From the NCBI GenBank assembly GCA_963763775.1, contig CAVXPZ010000001.1, positions 352,001-416,000 of the forward strand: a stretch of 64,000 nucleotides of DNA. Direction: 5' to 3'. Source of the DNA: an uncultured Chloroflexia bacterium. GTDB taxonomy: Bacteria; Chloroflexota; Limnocylindria; Limnocylindrales; CSP1-4. Positions 10,041 through 20,205 of this stretch are shown here, piece by piece. The notes under the pieces were generated by a model. That model was given only the letters and a program-made list of their open reading frames with translations, did no database searches and had not been told where the DNA came from. Position numbers and translations under genes: made by a program. Positions within the stretch are counted from its first letter, which is position 1. Each line of letters begins with the position of its first letter.

Positions 10041-11669
10041 CCTGGCATCGTAGCCCCGAGGCCGAGCTCCTCGGTCGCTGAAGGCCTCGAGGAGGAACGG
10101 CGACGGCCCCGCGGGGTCGTACAGGATCGTCAGGGTTCGTCGCGCCCGCGTCCAGGCGACGTACGCCAGCCGACGCTCCTCCTCGTACGCCCGGGCCGGG
10201 TCGGCCGCGCTGTCGACGGCTCGGGCGCTCGGGAACCGGGCGGCCTCCATGCCGAGGATGATCACGTGGTCGAACTCGAGGCCCTTGGTGGCGTGGGCCG
10301 TGGCCAGCGTCAACGCGGCGTCGTCCCGCCGCAGCTCGCTCAGGCGCTGACGCGCCGCGCGGACGGCGTCGGCGAAGGTCGTGACATCGGCGTACGCCGG
10401 GGCCCAGACGAGCAACGCCGTCGCGAGGCGGGCTTCGACTTCGTCGACGGCAGTGGATCGGATCTGGTCGATGGCGAGGAGCAAGGGCAGGCGGACCGCC
10501 GTCATCGCCGCCTCGGCCTCGAGGCGAACGAGCATTCCTTCGAGCGCCGGGTCCTCGAGCGGCAGCTCGAGCCTGGCGGCCCGGAACGGCGTCCCGGTCG
10601 CGATGGCCACGACGACGGCCGGGATGAGCTCGCGGTTCGTGCGGGCCAGCACCGCGCGGGTGCTGTCGTCCTCCGGCCACGTGCGCATCGCCCGCTCCAG
10701 CCGGACCGGGTCATCCGCCGCATCGGGGGCAAGGACCAGGCGACCCCTCGCGTCCGGTCCCGGGCGGATCCGCTTCACGAAACGCTCCGTGTTGTGGGCG
10801 ACGAGGCGGACGGCCCGCTCGACGACCGGCTCGGGACAGCGGTAGTTGACCTCGAGGTCGATCCGGCGGAGTCCCGGCAACGAGGCGTCCAGTCCGAGGA
10901 CTCGGCGCACGTCGGCGAGGCGCCATCCGTAGATCGATTGGTCGTCGTCGCCGACGAGCAGGATCCGATCCGCCGGCGCGGCGAGGGTCAGGGCCATCTC
11001 GAGTTGCGTCCGGTCGACGTCCTGGACCTCGTCAACGAGCAGGTGCCCGCAGCGGCGCCGCCAGCGGTCCAGCAGGGAAGCGTCGTCCTCGAGCGCCGCC
11101 AGCGCCCGCAGCACCAGGTCGTCGAAGTCCGCCCCGCCCAGCTCCGCGATGGCGCGCTCATACGCAACGAACGTCAGCGCGATCGGCCCCGCCTCCGGGT
11201 CAGCGGCGACCGCCTCGGCCGTCACGCCCAACTCGACCTTCAACCGCGACACCGCCCCGTCGAGCTCGACCAGCTCGGCGTCGTCCGCGTCCGGCCGGAG
11301 GGTCTGCAGCAGCTCGTGGCGGTCGATGAGCGGCTCGACCGAGGCTCCGGCGTCACGCAGGATCTCCAGCCCCAGGGCGTGGAACGTCCGGACTCGCACG
11401 CCGCCCGCGTGGATGCCGAGCGGGGCCAGGGCCGCGTCGAGCCGCTCGCCGAGTTCGACCGCCGCCCGCCGGTTGAACGTGATGGCCGCGATCGTGTCCG
11501 CCGGAGTGCCCGTCGCCACGAGCCACGCGATCCGGGCGACGAGGGTCGTGGTCTTGCCGCTCCCGGCCGGTGCGACGACCAGGACCGGACCTGGAGCGGC
11601 CGTCGCCGCCGCGCGCTGGTCGGGGGCAAGACGCGCGAGGCGTTCGGCGACCGAGGGAGGCAGGTCCAC
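10037..11669 (-). CDS. Compact UvrD/Rep-family (SF1) DNA helicase, apparent +1 frameshift near the 3' end (~10073)
   Basis: APAGSGKTT, ITFNRRAA, TFHALG, VDEVQD, VGDDDQSIYGWR, VNYRC, TAHATKGLEF, EERRLAYVAWTRA. Confidence 0.88.
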
Positions 11670-11743
11670 GCGACGATGGTGCCCGTGGCGGATCATCGGC
11701 CGGACAACGGGCGCCCACCGCCGAGTTGCCCTAGCATCGAGCG

Positions 11744-13594
11744 GTGACCCCATCCCTCGAAGCGACCCTCCAGGGACTCCCGGACCGGCCCGGCGTCTAC
11801 CTCATGAAGGACGACCGCGGGGACGTCGTCTATGTCGGGAAGGCGCAGAGCCTGCGCAGCCGCGTGCGGTCGTACTGGCAGAAGGCGACGCCCGCCGGCG
11901 ACATCCACCGCATCCGCAGCGTCATCGACCGCGTGGCCGAGGTGGAGTACACGCTGACCGACTCCGTCTCGGAGGCGCTGCTGCTCGAGGCGAACCTCAT
12001 CAAGCGGTTCAAGCCGCGGTTCAACGTCCGGCTGAAGGACGACAAGAGCTACCCGTACATCAAGATCACGCTCGGCGACGACTTCCCGCGGGTCGAGCGG
12101 ACTCGCAAGCTCCCCAACGACGGGAGCCGGTACTTCGGGCCGTACGCGTCCGCGGTGAGCGTGGACGAGTCGATGAACCTCGTGCGGCGACTGTTCCCGT
12201 TCCGCACCTGCACGATCGATATCAAGGAAGGCGAGCGCGCCCTCCAACGGCCATGCCTCCTGTACCACATCAAGCGCTGTCAGGGCCCCTGCATCGAGGC
12301 GATCTCGAAGGTGGACTACCGCGCGGACATCGAGCAAGTGGAGCTCTTCCTCGAAGGCCGGCAGGAGACCCTCGTGAAGGCGCTCGGCCGCGAGATGACG
12401 GCGGCCGCCGACCGGACCGATTACGAGCGCGCCGCGGTCGTGCGCGACAAGATCCGCGCCATCGAGCGGACGATGGAGAGCCAGAAGATGGCCGCGTTCG
12501 CGAAGACCGAGCTCGACCTCGTCGGCCTGGCACGCCAGGACAACCAGGCGGCGGTGCAGCTCTTCGTGATCCGCGACGGGAAGATGATCGGCCGCGACGT
12601 CTTCCTCCTCGACGCCGCGCGCGAGGCCTCCGACGACGAAGTGCTCGTCAGCTTCCTCGAGCAGTATTACGCCCGCGCGACGTCGATCCCGCGCGAGGTG
12701 TACCTGCCGCGGCTGGCCGAGGACGTCGGGGACATCGAGGCGTTCCTCGCGGACCGCCGCGCCGGGCCCGTCCATCTCAAGGTCGCCCAGCGCGGCGAGA
12801 AGCGGCAGCTCATGGAGCTCGCGACCCGCAACGCGGCCGAGACGCTGGCGAAGGAGCAGGCGCGCTGGCTCGCGGACCAGGGCAAGACCCTCGCGGCGCT
12901 CGAGGAACTCGCCGACGCCCTCGGCCTGCCCGGGCCGCCAGCCCGCATCGAGTGCTACGACATCAGCAACTTCCAGGGCAGCGAATTGGTCGGGAGCATG
13001 GTCGTCTTCGAGGACGGCAAGCCGCGGAGTGGCGAGTACCGCCGGTTCCGCATCCGGACCGTGCAAGGTCCGAACGACTTCGCGAGCCACCAGGAGGTGC
13101 TGCGCCGCCGGTTCCGGGCGACCAAGCCGGGACAGGAGGGGAGCGAGGAGGAGCGCCGCTGGGCGATGCCCGACCTCGTGGTCATCGACGGCGGCCGCGG
13201 TCAGGTGAGTGCGGCCAAGGAGGTCCTGGACGAACTCGGCCTGCACGACCTGCCGATGGCCGGGCTCGCCAAGGAGCGCGAGGAGCTGTTCCTGCCGCAT
13301 CGGGCGGAGCCGGTCGTGCTGCCCGCGACGTCACCGGCGCTCTACCTCGTGCAGCGGCTCCGCGACGAGGCGCATCGGTTCGCGATCACCTATCACCGGG
13401 ACCTCCGGGCCAAACGTCAGGTCCGCTCCGCGTTCGACGATCTGCCGGGGGTCGGACCGAAGCGCAAGCGCGAGCTGCTCAAGGTCTTCGGGTCGATCAA
13501 GCGCGTCCGCGACGCTCCGGTCGAGCAGATCGCGGCGGTCCCCGGGATCGGTCGGGCGCTGGCGGAGCGGATCAAGGCGACGCTGGAGGCCTGA
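11744..13594 (+). CDS. uvrC: Excinuclease ABC subunit C
   Basis: GIY-YIG PGVYLMK..YVGKA, KDDKSYPY, RIECYDISN, IDGGRGQ, RDEAHRFAI, C-terminal HhH. Confidence 0.96.
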   Translation: MTPSLEATLQGLPDRPGVYLMKDDRGDVVYVGKAQSLRSRVRSYWQKATPAGDIHRIRSVIDRVAEVEYTLTDSVSEALLLEANLIKRFKPRFNVRLKDDKSYPYIKITLGDDFPRVERTRKLPNDGSRYFGPYASAVSVDESMNLVRRLFPFRTCTIDIKEGERALQRPCLLYHIKRCQGPCIEAISKVDYRADIEQVELFLEGRQETLVKALGREMTAAADRTDYERAAVVRDKIRAIERTMESQKMAAFAKTELDLVGLARQDNQAAVQLFVIRDGKMIGRDVFLLDAAREASDDEVLVSFLEQYYARATSIPREVYLPRLAEDVGDIEAFLADRRAGPVHLKVAQRGEKRQLMELATRNAAETLAKEQARWLADQGKTLAALEELADALGLPGPPARIECYDISNFQGSELVGSMVVFEDGKPRSGEYRRFRIRTVQGPNDFASHQEVLRRRFRATKPGQEGSEEERRWAMPDLVVIDGGRGQVSAAKEVLDELGLHDLPMAGLAKEREELFLPHRAEPVVLPATSPALYLVQRLRDEAHRFAITYHRDLRAKRQVRSAFDDLPGVGPKRKRELLKVFGSIKRVRDAPVEQIAAVPGIGRALAERIKATLEA

Positions 13595-13636
13595 CCGGCG
13601 GCGGTCCGTGGGCGTTCCGTGTAACATCCCGCCTCG

Positions 13637-14992
13637 ATGCGCAGAGCCGGACCGATCCTCATCATCCTCATCGGTATCGCCGCCCTCTTCGTCGTCTTCT
13701 TCCCCGGGCTCAAGGTGCCGGATGCCACGGCGGCCTCGGGAAGTCGGCCGATCGAGACGAAGCTGGGCCTCGACCTGTCCGGCGGCCTGCGCGTCGAGTA
13801 CCAGGCCCAACAAGTCGACGGGAAGTCGCCGACGCCCGCGGACATGGCGATCATCAAGTCGATCGTCGAACGCCGTGTCAATGGCACCGGCGTCTCGGAG
13901 CCGGTCGTCGTCACCCAGGGCTCCGACCGCGTCGTCGTCGAGCTCCCGGGCGTCACGGATCCAGACTCCGTCCGCCAGCTGGTCGGCCAGACCGGCCGCC
14001 TCGACTTCGTCCCGCTCGGCAGCACCCAGGTCCAGGAAGGCCAGGTGCTCGACCTCAAGACGTTCCCGCCGCTCTTCTCGGGTGACCAGGTCCAGTCCGC
14101 GTCGCTGGGCCAGAACCAGCAGGGCGGCCTGACCGTCGACTTCGTCCTGAAGGGCGACGGCTCGAACCTCTTCGCGGACTACACCGCCAAGCACATCGGC
14201 GAGTTCTTCGCGATCACCCTCGACGGGTCCGTCATCTCGGCGCCGGTCATCAAGAGCTCGATCCCGAACGGCCAGGTCCAGATCGAATCGGGCGGCATCG
14301 GAGGCTTCCCCGCGAAGGAGGCCAACAACCTCGTCACGATCCTGAAGTTCGGCTCGCTGCCGTTCCCGATCAAGGAGATCTCGAGCGAGCAGATCAGCGC
14401 CACGCTCGGCGCGCAGTTCCTGAACCAGAGCCTCCTGGCGGGCGTCCTCGGGATCCTGCTCGTCATCGCCTTCATGGTCATCTACTACCGCGCCATCGGC
14501 CTGATCGCGAGCTTCGCGCTCGTCTACTACACGCTCGTGGTCGTCGCGATCTTCCGGTTGATCCCGGTGACGCTGACCCTCGCCGGCATCGCGGGTTTCG
14601 TGCTCTCGGTGGGCATGGCGGTCGACGCCAACATCCTGATCTTCGAGCGGATGAAGGAGGAGCTGCGGCTCGGGAAGACGCTGCCGGCCGCGGTCGAGGC
14701 CGGCTTCAACCGGGCCTGGAACTCCATCCTCGACTCGAACGTGTCGAGCCTCATCACCGCCACGATCCTGTACACCTTCGGCTCGTCCGTGATCCGCGGG
14801 TTCGCCCTCGTCCTGATCATCGGCGTCCTGGTCTCGATGTTCAGCGCGATCGTCGTGACGCGCTCGATCATGCGGGTGATGGTCCGCCAGCCGTGGGCCC
14901 GTCGCGCGCGCCTGTACGGGCTGCGCGAGGACGAGTTCATGGCCAAGGCCCCGGCTCGGCCCTCGCGTCGTGAGGCCGTCGAGCGTGTTTGA
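13637..14992 (+). CDS. secD: Protein translocase subunit SecD
   Basis: LGLDLSGG, RRVNGTGVSEP, LKFGSLP, GMAVDANILIFERMKEE, ILDSN. Confidence 0.95.
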   Translation: MRRAGPILIILIGIAALFVVFFPGLKVPDATAASGSRPIETKLGLDLSGGLRVEYQAQQVDGKSPTPADMAIIKSIVERRVNGTGVSEPVVVTQGSDRVVVELPGVTDPDSVRQLVGQTGRLDFVPLGSTQVQEGQVLDLKTFPPLFSGDQVQSASLGQNQQGGLTVDFVLKGDGSNLFADYTAKHIGEFFAITLDGSVISAPVIKSSIPNGQVQIESGGIGGFPAKEANNLVTILKFGSLPFPIKEISSEQISATLGAQFLNQSLLAGVLGILLVIAFMVIYYRAIGLIASFALVYYTLVVVAIFRLIPVTLTLAGIAGFVLSVGMAVDANILIFERMKEELRLGKTLPAAVEAGFNRAWNSILDSNVSSLITATILYTFGSSVIRGFALVLIIGVLVSMFSAIVVTRSIMRVMVRQPWARRARLYGLREDEFMAKAPARPSRREAVERV

Positions 14993-16124
14993 CATCATCG
15001 CCCACCGTCGGTGGTTCTACGCGATCTCGCTGATCGCGACGATCCCGGGCCTGATCTTCATCCTGCTGACCCCGTTCACCGACCTCGGCCTCCAATTCAC
15101 CATCGACTACACCGGCGGCACGAAGTGGGAGATCAAGTTCGAGAACCCGGCGGTGACGCCGGACCAGGTGGAGGCGGTCTTCAAGGAGCAGGGCCTCGAC
15201 GCCACCGCTGTCACCACGGGCTCCGGCTTCATCGAGATCAAGACCGAGCCGATCGGGCTCGTGGCGGAAGTCCCGACGGCGACACCGGTCGCGACGCTCG
15301 CCCCGAGCGCCGGAAGCTCCGGGTCGCCGGGTGCGAGTGCCAGCGCGGGCGCGAGTGCCAGCGCAGCGCCGAGCGCCAGCCCGAGTCCGGCCCCAAGCGC
15401 CAGCCCATCGCCGTCGGCGTCGCCGGCCGCCGCCGCGGGCAACACGGACCTGCCGACGACCGGCAAGCTCGGTGAGGTCCGGACGGCGCTCGAGGCGACC
15501 CTCGGACCGATCGCCGCCCAGAACAGCCTGACGACCATCGGTCCGGTGGTGAGCTCCGACCTCGTGACGCAAGCCCTGATCCTGATCCTCGTCGGCTCGA
15601 TCGGGATCCTCCTCTGGATCACCTACCGGTTCCGCGACGTGAAGTTCGGCGTGACCGCCCTGGTCGCGCTGCTCCACGACGTCATCGTCGTCGTCGGCGT
15701 CTTCGCGATCCTCGGCACGTTCTGGGGCGTCGAGGTGGACGCCCTCTTCGTGACCGCGATGCTCACGGTCATCGGCTTCAGCGTGCACGACACCATCGTC
15801 GTGTTCGACCGGGTCCGGGAGAACAAGGCGCGGCATGTCGGCGAGCCGTTCCCCGACATCGTGAACCACTCGATCCTGCAGACCTTCGGGCGGTCGATCT
15901 CGACCAGCCTGACGGTCGTCCTGACCCTGCTCGCCCTGTTGTTGTTCGGCGGCTCCGCCATCAGCGAGTTCATCCTGACGCTGCTCATCGGCATCATCTC
16001 GGGGACGTACTCGTCGATCTTCGTGGCCAGTCTGTTGCTCGTGGACTGGCAGCTTCGCGATGACCGGCGACGAGGCCGCGTCGCCGTGATGCGGGCACCC
16101 CGGGTCCGCCGGACCGCTCCCTGA
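14985..16124 (+). CDS. secF: Protein translocase subunit SecF
   Basis: IDYTGG, IGPVVS, LLHDV, IGFSVHDTIVVFDRVRE, GTYSSIFVA. Confidence 0.95.
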   Translation: MFDIIAHRRWFYAISLIATIPGLIFILLTPFTDLGLQFTIDYTGGTKWEIKFENPAVTPDQVEAVFKEQGLDATAVTTGSGFIEIKTEPIGLVAEVPTATPVATLAPSAGSSGSPGASASAGASASAAPSASPSPAPSASPSPSASPAAAAGNTDLPTTGKLGEVRTALEATLGPIAAQNSLTTIGPVVSSDLVTQALILILVGSIGILLWITYRFRDVKFGVTALVALLHDVIVVVGVFAILGTFWGVEVDALFVTAMLTVIGFSVHDTIVVFDRVRENKARHVGEPFPDIVNHSILQTFGRSISTSLTVVLTLLALLLFGGSAISEFILTLLIGIISGTYSSIFVASLLLVDWQLRDDRRRGRVAVMRAPRVRRTAP

Positions 16125-16179
16125 CCCGCGGTCGGCGGGTGGCCAGCGAACTCGTGGTGCAGACCTCCGTGGCATCCTG

Positions 16180-17985
16180 ATGGGCGTGGTCGAACCGCGC
16201 TTCCGATGGACGTTCCCGGCCCCCGTCGACGTCTCGACCTCGCTGGCCGCGGCGGCATCGGCGCGTGGCCTGTCCGACCGGTTCGTCCGAGTCCTGGCTG
16301 CGCGCGGTGTGACCGACGTGGCGTCGCTCGATGCCTGGTTCGCCGACCCGCTGGATGCGCTCCACGATCCGATGCGACTCCCGGACATCGATCGGCTGCT
16401 CGCGAGGCTGCACACGGCTCGCGACCAGGGCGAGCGCGTGATGGTGTTCGGCGACTTCGATGCGGATGGGCTGACCGGACTGACGATCCTCGTCGAGGCC
16501 CTGACGCGGTTCGGGATCGTCGCGGACCCGTACGTCCCGAGTCGGCTGGAGGAGGGCCACGGCCTCTCGGTCGCGGCGATCGAGTCCGCCATCGCGGCCG
16601 GGACCACGGTCATCGTCACCGTCGACTGCGGCACGACGAGCCACGCGGAGATCGCGATCGCGCGGGACCGCGGCATCGACGTCATCGTCACCGACCACCA
16701 CCGCGTCCCGCCCGAGCTGCCGCCCGCCATCGCGGTCGTGAACCCGCACCGGCCCGACTCCGGGTACCCGGACTCGAGGCTCGCGGGGAGCGGCGTCGCC
16801 TTCAAGGTGGCGCAGTCGTTGCTCGCCGACCTTCCTGGGGGAGCCGTGGCGGCGCTCGACCTCGCGGACCTGGCCACGATCGGGAGCGTGGCGGACGTCA
16901 CTCCGATGGTGGGCGAGAACCGCGCGATCGCGCGGATCGGGCTCGAGCGGATCCGCCGTGGGCCGCGGCCGGGCGTCGCCGCGCTGCTGGCCCGCGCCCG
17001 CGTGGACCCGGCGGCCGCGGACCTCGAGACCGTGGCCTTCGCGATCGCGCCCCGGCTCAACGCCGCTGGCCGCATGGGCGAGGCGACCGAGGCGGCGCGC
17101 CTCCTGCTCTCGACGACGATGGAGGACGCCGACCGGCACGCCGACGTCCTCGAGGCCGCGAACCTCGAGCGGCGAGACCTCATGAAGCGGAGCGTCGCCG
17201 AGGCCCGCGCCCTGGTGGACGAGACCATCGCCCCGTCGGCGACCATCGTCCGCGGGCCGTGGAGCGTCGGGATCGTGGGGCTCGTCGCCGCCAGGCTCGC
17301 GGAGGACCTGAGCCGTCCTGCCGTCGTCGGCGCCGAGCTTGGGGACGTCGTCCGGGCCTCGTGCCGCAGCGACGGCAAGCTCGACCTCGGTGCCGCACTC
17401 GAGCGCTGCGCCGACCTCTTCATCCGGTTCGGCGGGCACGCCGGCGCGGCCGGGTTCGAGATCGAGGCGGCCAAGTGGCCGGCGTTCACCGAGCGGTTCC
17501 TCGGACTGGCGGCGACCTCCGCGCCTCGCGACCCGCGCGCGCCGCTGGCCATCGACCTCGCGGTGCCGGCCCTCGACGTCGACTACGCGCTCCTGCGCGA
17601 GCTCGGCGGGCTGGCGCCGACCGGCCCGGGCAATCCGGACCCGCTCGTCGCCGTGCTCGGCCTGACCGTGACGCGGGTCCGCGCGGCGACCGGCGGTCAC
17701 AGCCAGCTCACGCTTCGCCGCCGGCTCGACGTCCTCGACGGGATCGCCTTCGGGCGCCCCGACCTGGCCGAGACGGTCCGCGAGGGGGACACCCTCGACG
17801 TGGTGGCCCGGCTCGTGAGCCGGACGTTCGGCGGGTTCGAGACGCTCCAGCTCGAGATCCGCGATGCCGCGACGGCCGGGATGCATGCCCATGCCGTGGA
17901 AGCGGGCACGCGGACAGGCGCTGGCTCGGTCGGCGCCGCGTCGCCGACCGACTCGACGCCTGCCCTCGCCGGGACCGCCCCGTGA
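16180..17985 (+). CDS. recJ: Single-stranded DNA exonuclease RecJ
   Basis: GDFDADG, VTVDCG, VTDHH, PRLNAAGR, FGGHAGAAG. Confidence 0.93.
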   Translation: MGVVEPRFRWTFPAPVDVSTSLAAAASARGLSDRFVRVLAARGVTDVASLDAWFADPLDALHDPMRLPDIDRLLARLHTARDQGERVMVFGDFDADGLTGLTILVEALTRFGIVADPYVPSRLEEGHGLSVAAIESAIAAGTTVIVTVDCGTTSHAEIAIARDRGIDVIVTDHHRVPPELPPAIAVVNPHRPDSGYPDSRLAGSGVAFKVAQSLLADLPGGAVAALDLADLATIGSVADVTPMVGENRAIARIGLERIRRGPRPGVAALLARARVDPAAADLETVAFAIAPRLNAAGRMGEATEAARLLLSTTMEDADRHADVLEAANLERRDLMKRSVAEARALVDETIAPSATIVRGPWSVGIVGLVAARLAEDLSRPAVVGAELGDVVRASCRSDGKLDLGAALERCADLFIRFGGHAGAAGFEIEAAKWPAFTERFLGLAATSAPRDPRAPLAIDLAVPALDVDYALLRELGGLAPTGPGNPDPLVAVLGLTVTRVRAATGGHSQLTLRRRLDVLDGIAFGRPDLAETVREGDTLDVVARLVSRTFGGFETLQLEIRDAATAGMHAHAVEAGTRTGAGSVGAASPTDSTPALAGTAP

Positions 17986-19238
17986 CCGGTTCCGCGCGCC
18001 CGCCACGGGCGTCCGACCCGTACGGGGTCGGCCCCGTCCGCTCGCTCGTGACGCCCATCCTGGCGGTCGTCGGGCTCGTCCTCGTGGCGGTGTTCACGTT
18101 CAATCTACTCAACGGCGATGTGCCGTTCGTCGGCGGTCCGAAGGCCTCGAACGGCCAGAACGGGAACGGGAATGGCAACGGCGGACCTGAGCTGACCCCG
18201 GCGCCATCGAACGTCGTCATCGTCGAGCCCGACGCGGCCTTCAAGGGCTCGATCGTCTACGCGAAGGCCGGGAACATCTGGGTCCAGTCGGGCAAGGACG
18301 TGAAGCAGGTGACCACGGATGGCGGCGCGTCCATGCCGTCCTGGTCCCCGGACGGCGAGTACATCTACTACATCCGGCTGGAACGCAACCAGAAGGGCTT
18401 CTGGCCGGAGAAGGGCGTCCCGACCCACTACGTGCTCGATGTCCCGGACCTCATGCGGGTCAAGGCCGACGGCAGCGCGCCGCCTGAGCAGCTCGCGACG
18501 GGCAAGTTCAAGCAGGGCCGATACACCTGGTCGTACTGGATCCGGCAACCGGTGGCGTCGCCCGACGGCAAGTCCATCGCGCTCGTCTCGGATGCGCCGA
18601 ACCCCGACCAGAACGACGTCGTCCTCCAGTTCTTCAACCCGGCCACCGGGAAGATCCGGAACGCGGGCGCCTCGGAGTCCGGGTTCCTCGGCCACCAGGA
18701 CCCCGACTGGCGGCCGGACGGTCAAGCCGTCGCGTACGTCCGCAACGGCAAGGACGGGCCCCAGGGGAAGCCCACGATCGTGCGGTACGACCTCGCCACG
18801 AAGAAGACCCGGGCCCTGACCTCGGGCGGGTACTCGACACCGGCCTACTCGCCCGACGGCAAGTACATCGCGGCCACGAGGACGACCAACCTCGGCACGG
18901 ACGTCGTCATCCTCGACGGCGAGAACGGGCGCGAGCTGCTGCGGATCACGAACGACGGGTCCTCCTTCTCGCCGACCTGGTCGCCGGCGGGCGACGCGAT
19001 CGCCTACCTCGACCTGCAGGGGCAGACGGTCGACCTCCGGCTGGCCCAGCTGGACGGCGTCGGCCCCGACTGGACCGTGAAGGACACGACCGCACTGACC
19101 GAGGTATCGGGGCTGGATGCGAGCTCCAAGCCGCACTGGTTCATCCCCGCGAGCGACCTGCCACCGCCCACGCCGGCACCGACCGCCTCCCCGACGCCGC
19201 GCGCGAGTGTCGCGCCGAGCGGCAGCACCGCCCCCTGA
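17982..19238 (+). CDS. Membrane-anchored TolB-like (PD40 beta-propeller) protein
   Basis: N-terminal hydrophobic helix; repeated PSWSPDG / ASPDGK / PDWRPDG / PAYSPDG / PTWSPAG; GTG overlaps the recJ stop. Confidence 0.8.
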   Translation: MTGSARPPRASDPYGVGPVRSLVTPILAVVGLVLVAVFTFNLLNGDVPFVGGPKASNGQNGNGNGNGGPELTPAPSNVVIVEPDAAFKGSIVYAKAGNIWVQSGKDVKQVTTDGGASMPSWSPDGEYIYYIRLERNQKGFWPEKGVPTHYVLDVPDLMRVKADGSAPPEQLATGKFKQGRYTWSYWIRQPVASPDGKSIALVSDAPNPDQNDVVLQFFNPATGKIRNAGASESGFLGHQDPDWRPDGQAVAYVRNGKDGPQGKPTIVRYDLATKKTRALTSGGYSTPAYSPDGKYIAATRTTNLGTDVVILDGENGRELLRITNDGSSFSPTWSPAGDAIAYLDLQGQTVDLRLAQLDGVGPDWTVKDTTALTEVSGLDASSKPHWFIPASDLPPPTPAPTASPTPRASVAPSGSTAP

Positions 19239-19249
19239 GCCGGGTCCGC

Positions 19250-20122
19250 GTGGCGACCTATCTCGAGCGCCTGGCCGCCCGCTCCGCGGCCACTGGGACC
19301 GTCCTGTGCCTCGGCATCGACCCCGACCCCGCCTCGTTGCCGGCCGGGTTCAGCCCGGACCTCGCCGGCGTCGAACGGTTTGCCGCGCTGCTGGTCGAGG
19401 CGGCGGCGCCGTACGCGGCGGCCGTCAAGCCGAACCTCGCCTTCTTCGAGGCGTTCGGGTCGGCGGGGATCGCGGCCCTCGAGCGCCTGCGGGCCAGCCT
19501 CCCGAGCGGCCTCCCGCTCGTCGCCGATGCGAAGCGCGGGGATATCGGGTCGACCGCCGCCCGCCAGGCCACGGCGCTGTTCGACGTCCTGGGCGCCGAC
19601 GCCGTCACGGTCAATCCGTACCTCGGAGCAGAAGCCATCGGGCCACTCCTGGAACGCCCGGACCGCTTCGCCTACGTGCTCTGCCGGACGTCGAACCCCG
19701 GGGCGGGGGAGCTCCAGGACCTGACGATGCTCGCCGACGCGGACCGGGCGTTCCCGGCTGAATCGCTCCATCGACGGGTCGCGCGGCTGGCGGCCGGCTG
19801 GGGTCCCGGTGGCACGGTCGGACTGGTCGTCGGCGCCACGGCCCCGGCGGAACTCGAGGGCATCCGATCGATCGCCCCGGGTCTGGCCTTCCTGGTCCCC
19901 GGCGTCGGCGCGCAGGGCGGCGAGGTCGAACCGGTCCTGCAGCACGGACCAGCGACGACGACCCCGGCCGGCGGACGGCCCGGCGGCGGGCTGCTGGTGA
20001 ACGTGTCGCGCGGCATCGCCGGTGCGGCCACGGCCGTCGCCGGCGAGGGGCCAGCCGACCCCTTCGAGCGGGTCGCCGCGGCCGCCGCCGACTGGGCGCG
20101 GCGACTCCCTGTGCTACCCTAG
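19250..20122 (+). CDS. pyrF: Orotidine-5'-phosphate decarboxylase
   Basis: LCLGIDP, KPNLAFFE, DAKRGDIGST, RTSNPGA, LVPGVGAQGG, VNVSRGI. Confidence 0.93.
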   Translation: MATYLERLAARSAATGTVLCLGIDPDPASLPAGFSPDLAGVERFAALLVEAAAPYAAAVKPNLAFFEAFGSAGIAALERLRASLPSGLPLVADAKRGDIGSTAARQATALFDVLGADAVTVNPYLGAEAIGPLLERPDRFAYVLCRTSNPGAGELQDLTMLADADRAFPAESLHRRVARLAAGWGPGGTVGLVVGATAPAELEGIRSIAPGLAFLVPGVGAQGGEVEPVLQHGPATTTPAGGRPGGGLLVNVSRGIAGAATAVAGEGPADPFERVAAAAADWARRLPVLP

Positions 20123-20205
20123 CCGCCGCACGAACGGGCTGCGAAACCCCCCATTCGACGAGGGGACGGAGCCGAACTCGCCGTTCACAGGAGCACCGCG
20201 TAACG

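Noticed and set aside
9561-11753. Apparent 730-aa helicase-membrane methyltransferase fusion
   Set aside because: Removing one base near 10073 gives ...AFSDEELGLGATMPG-stop, with the TGA overlapping the methyltransferase ATG (ATGA). This matches the window-wide +1 error pattern.
20174-20186. GAAC...GTTC upstream of tatA
   Set aside because: The spacer is 5 nt rather than 4 and the downstream gene is not an SOS gene.
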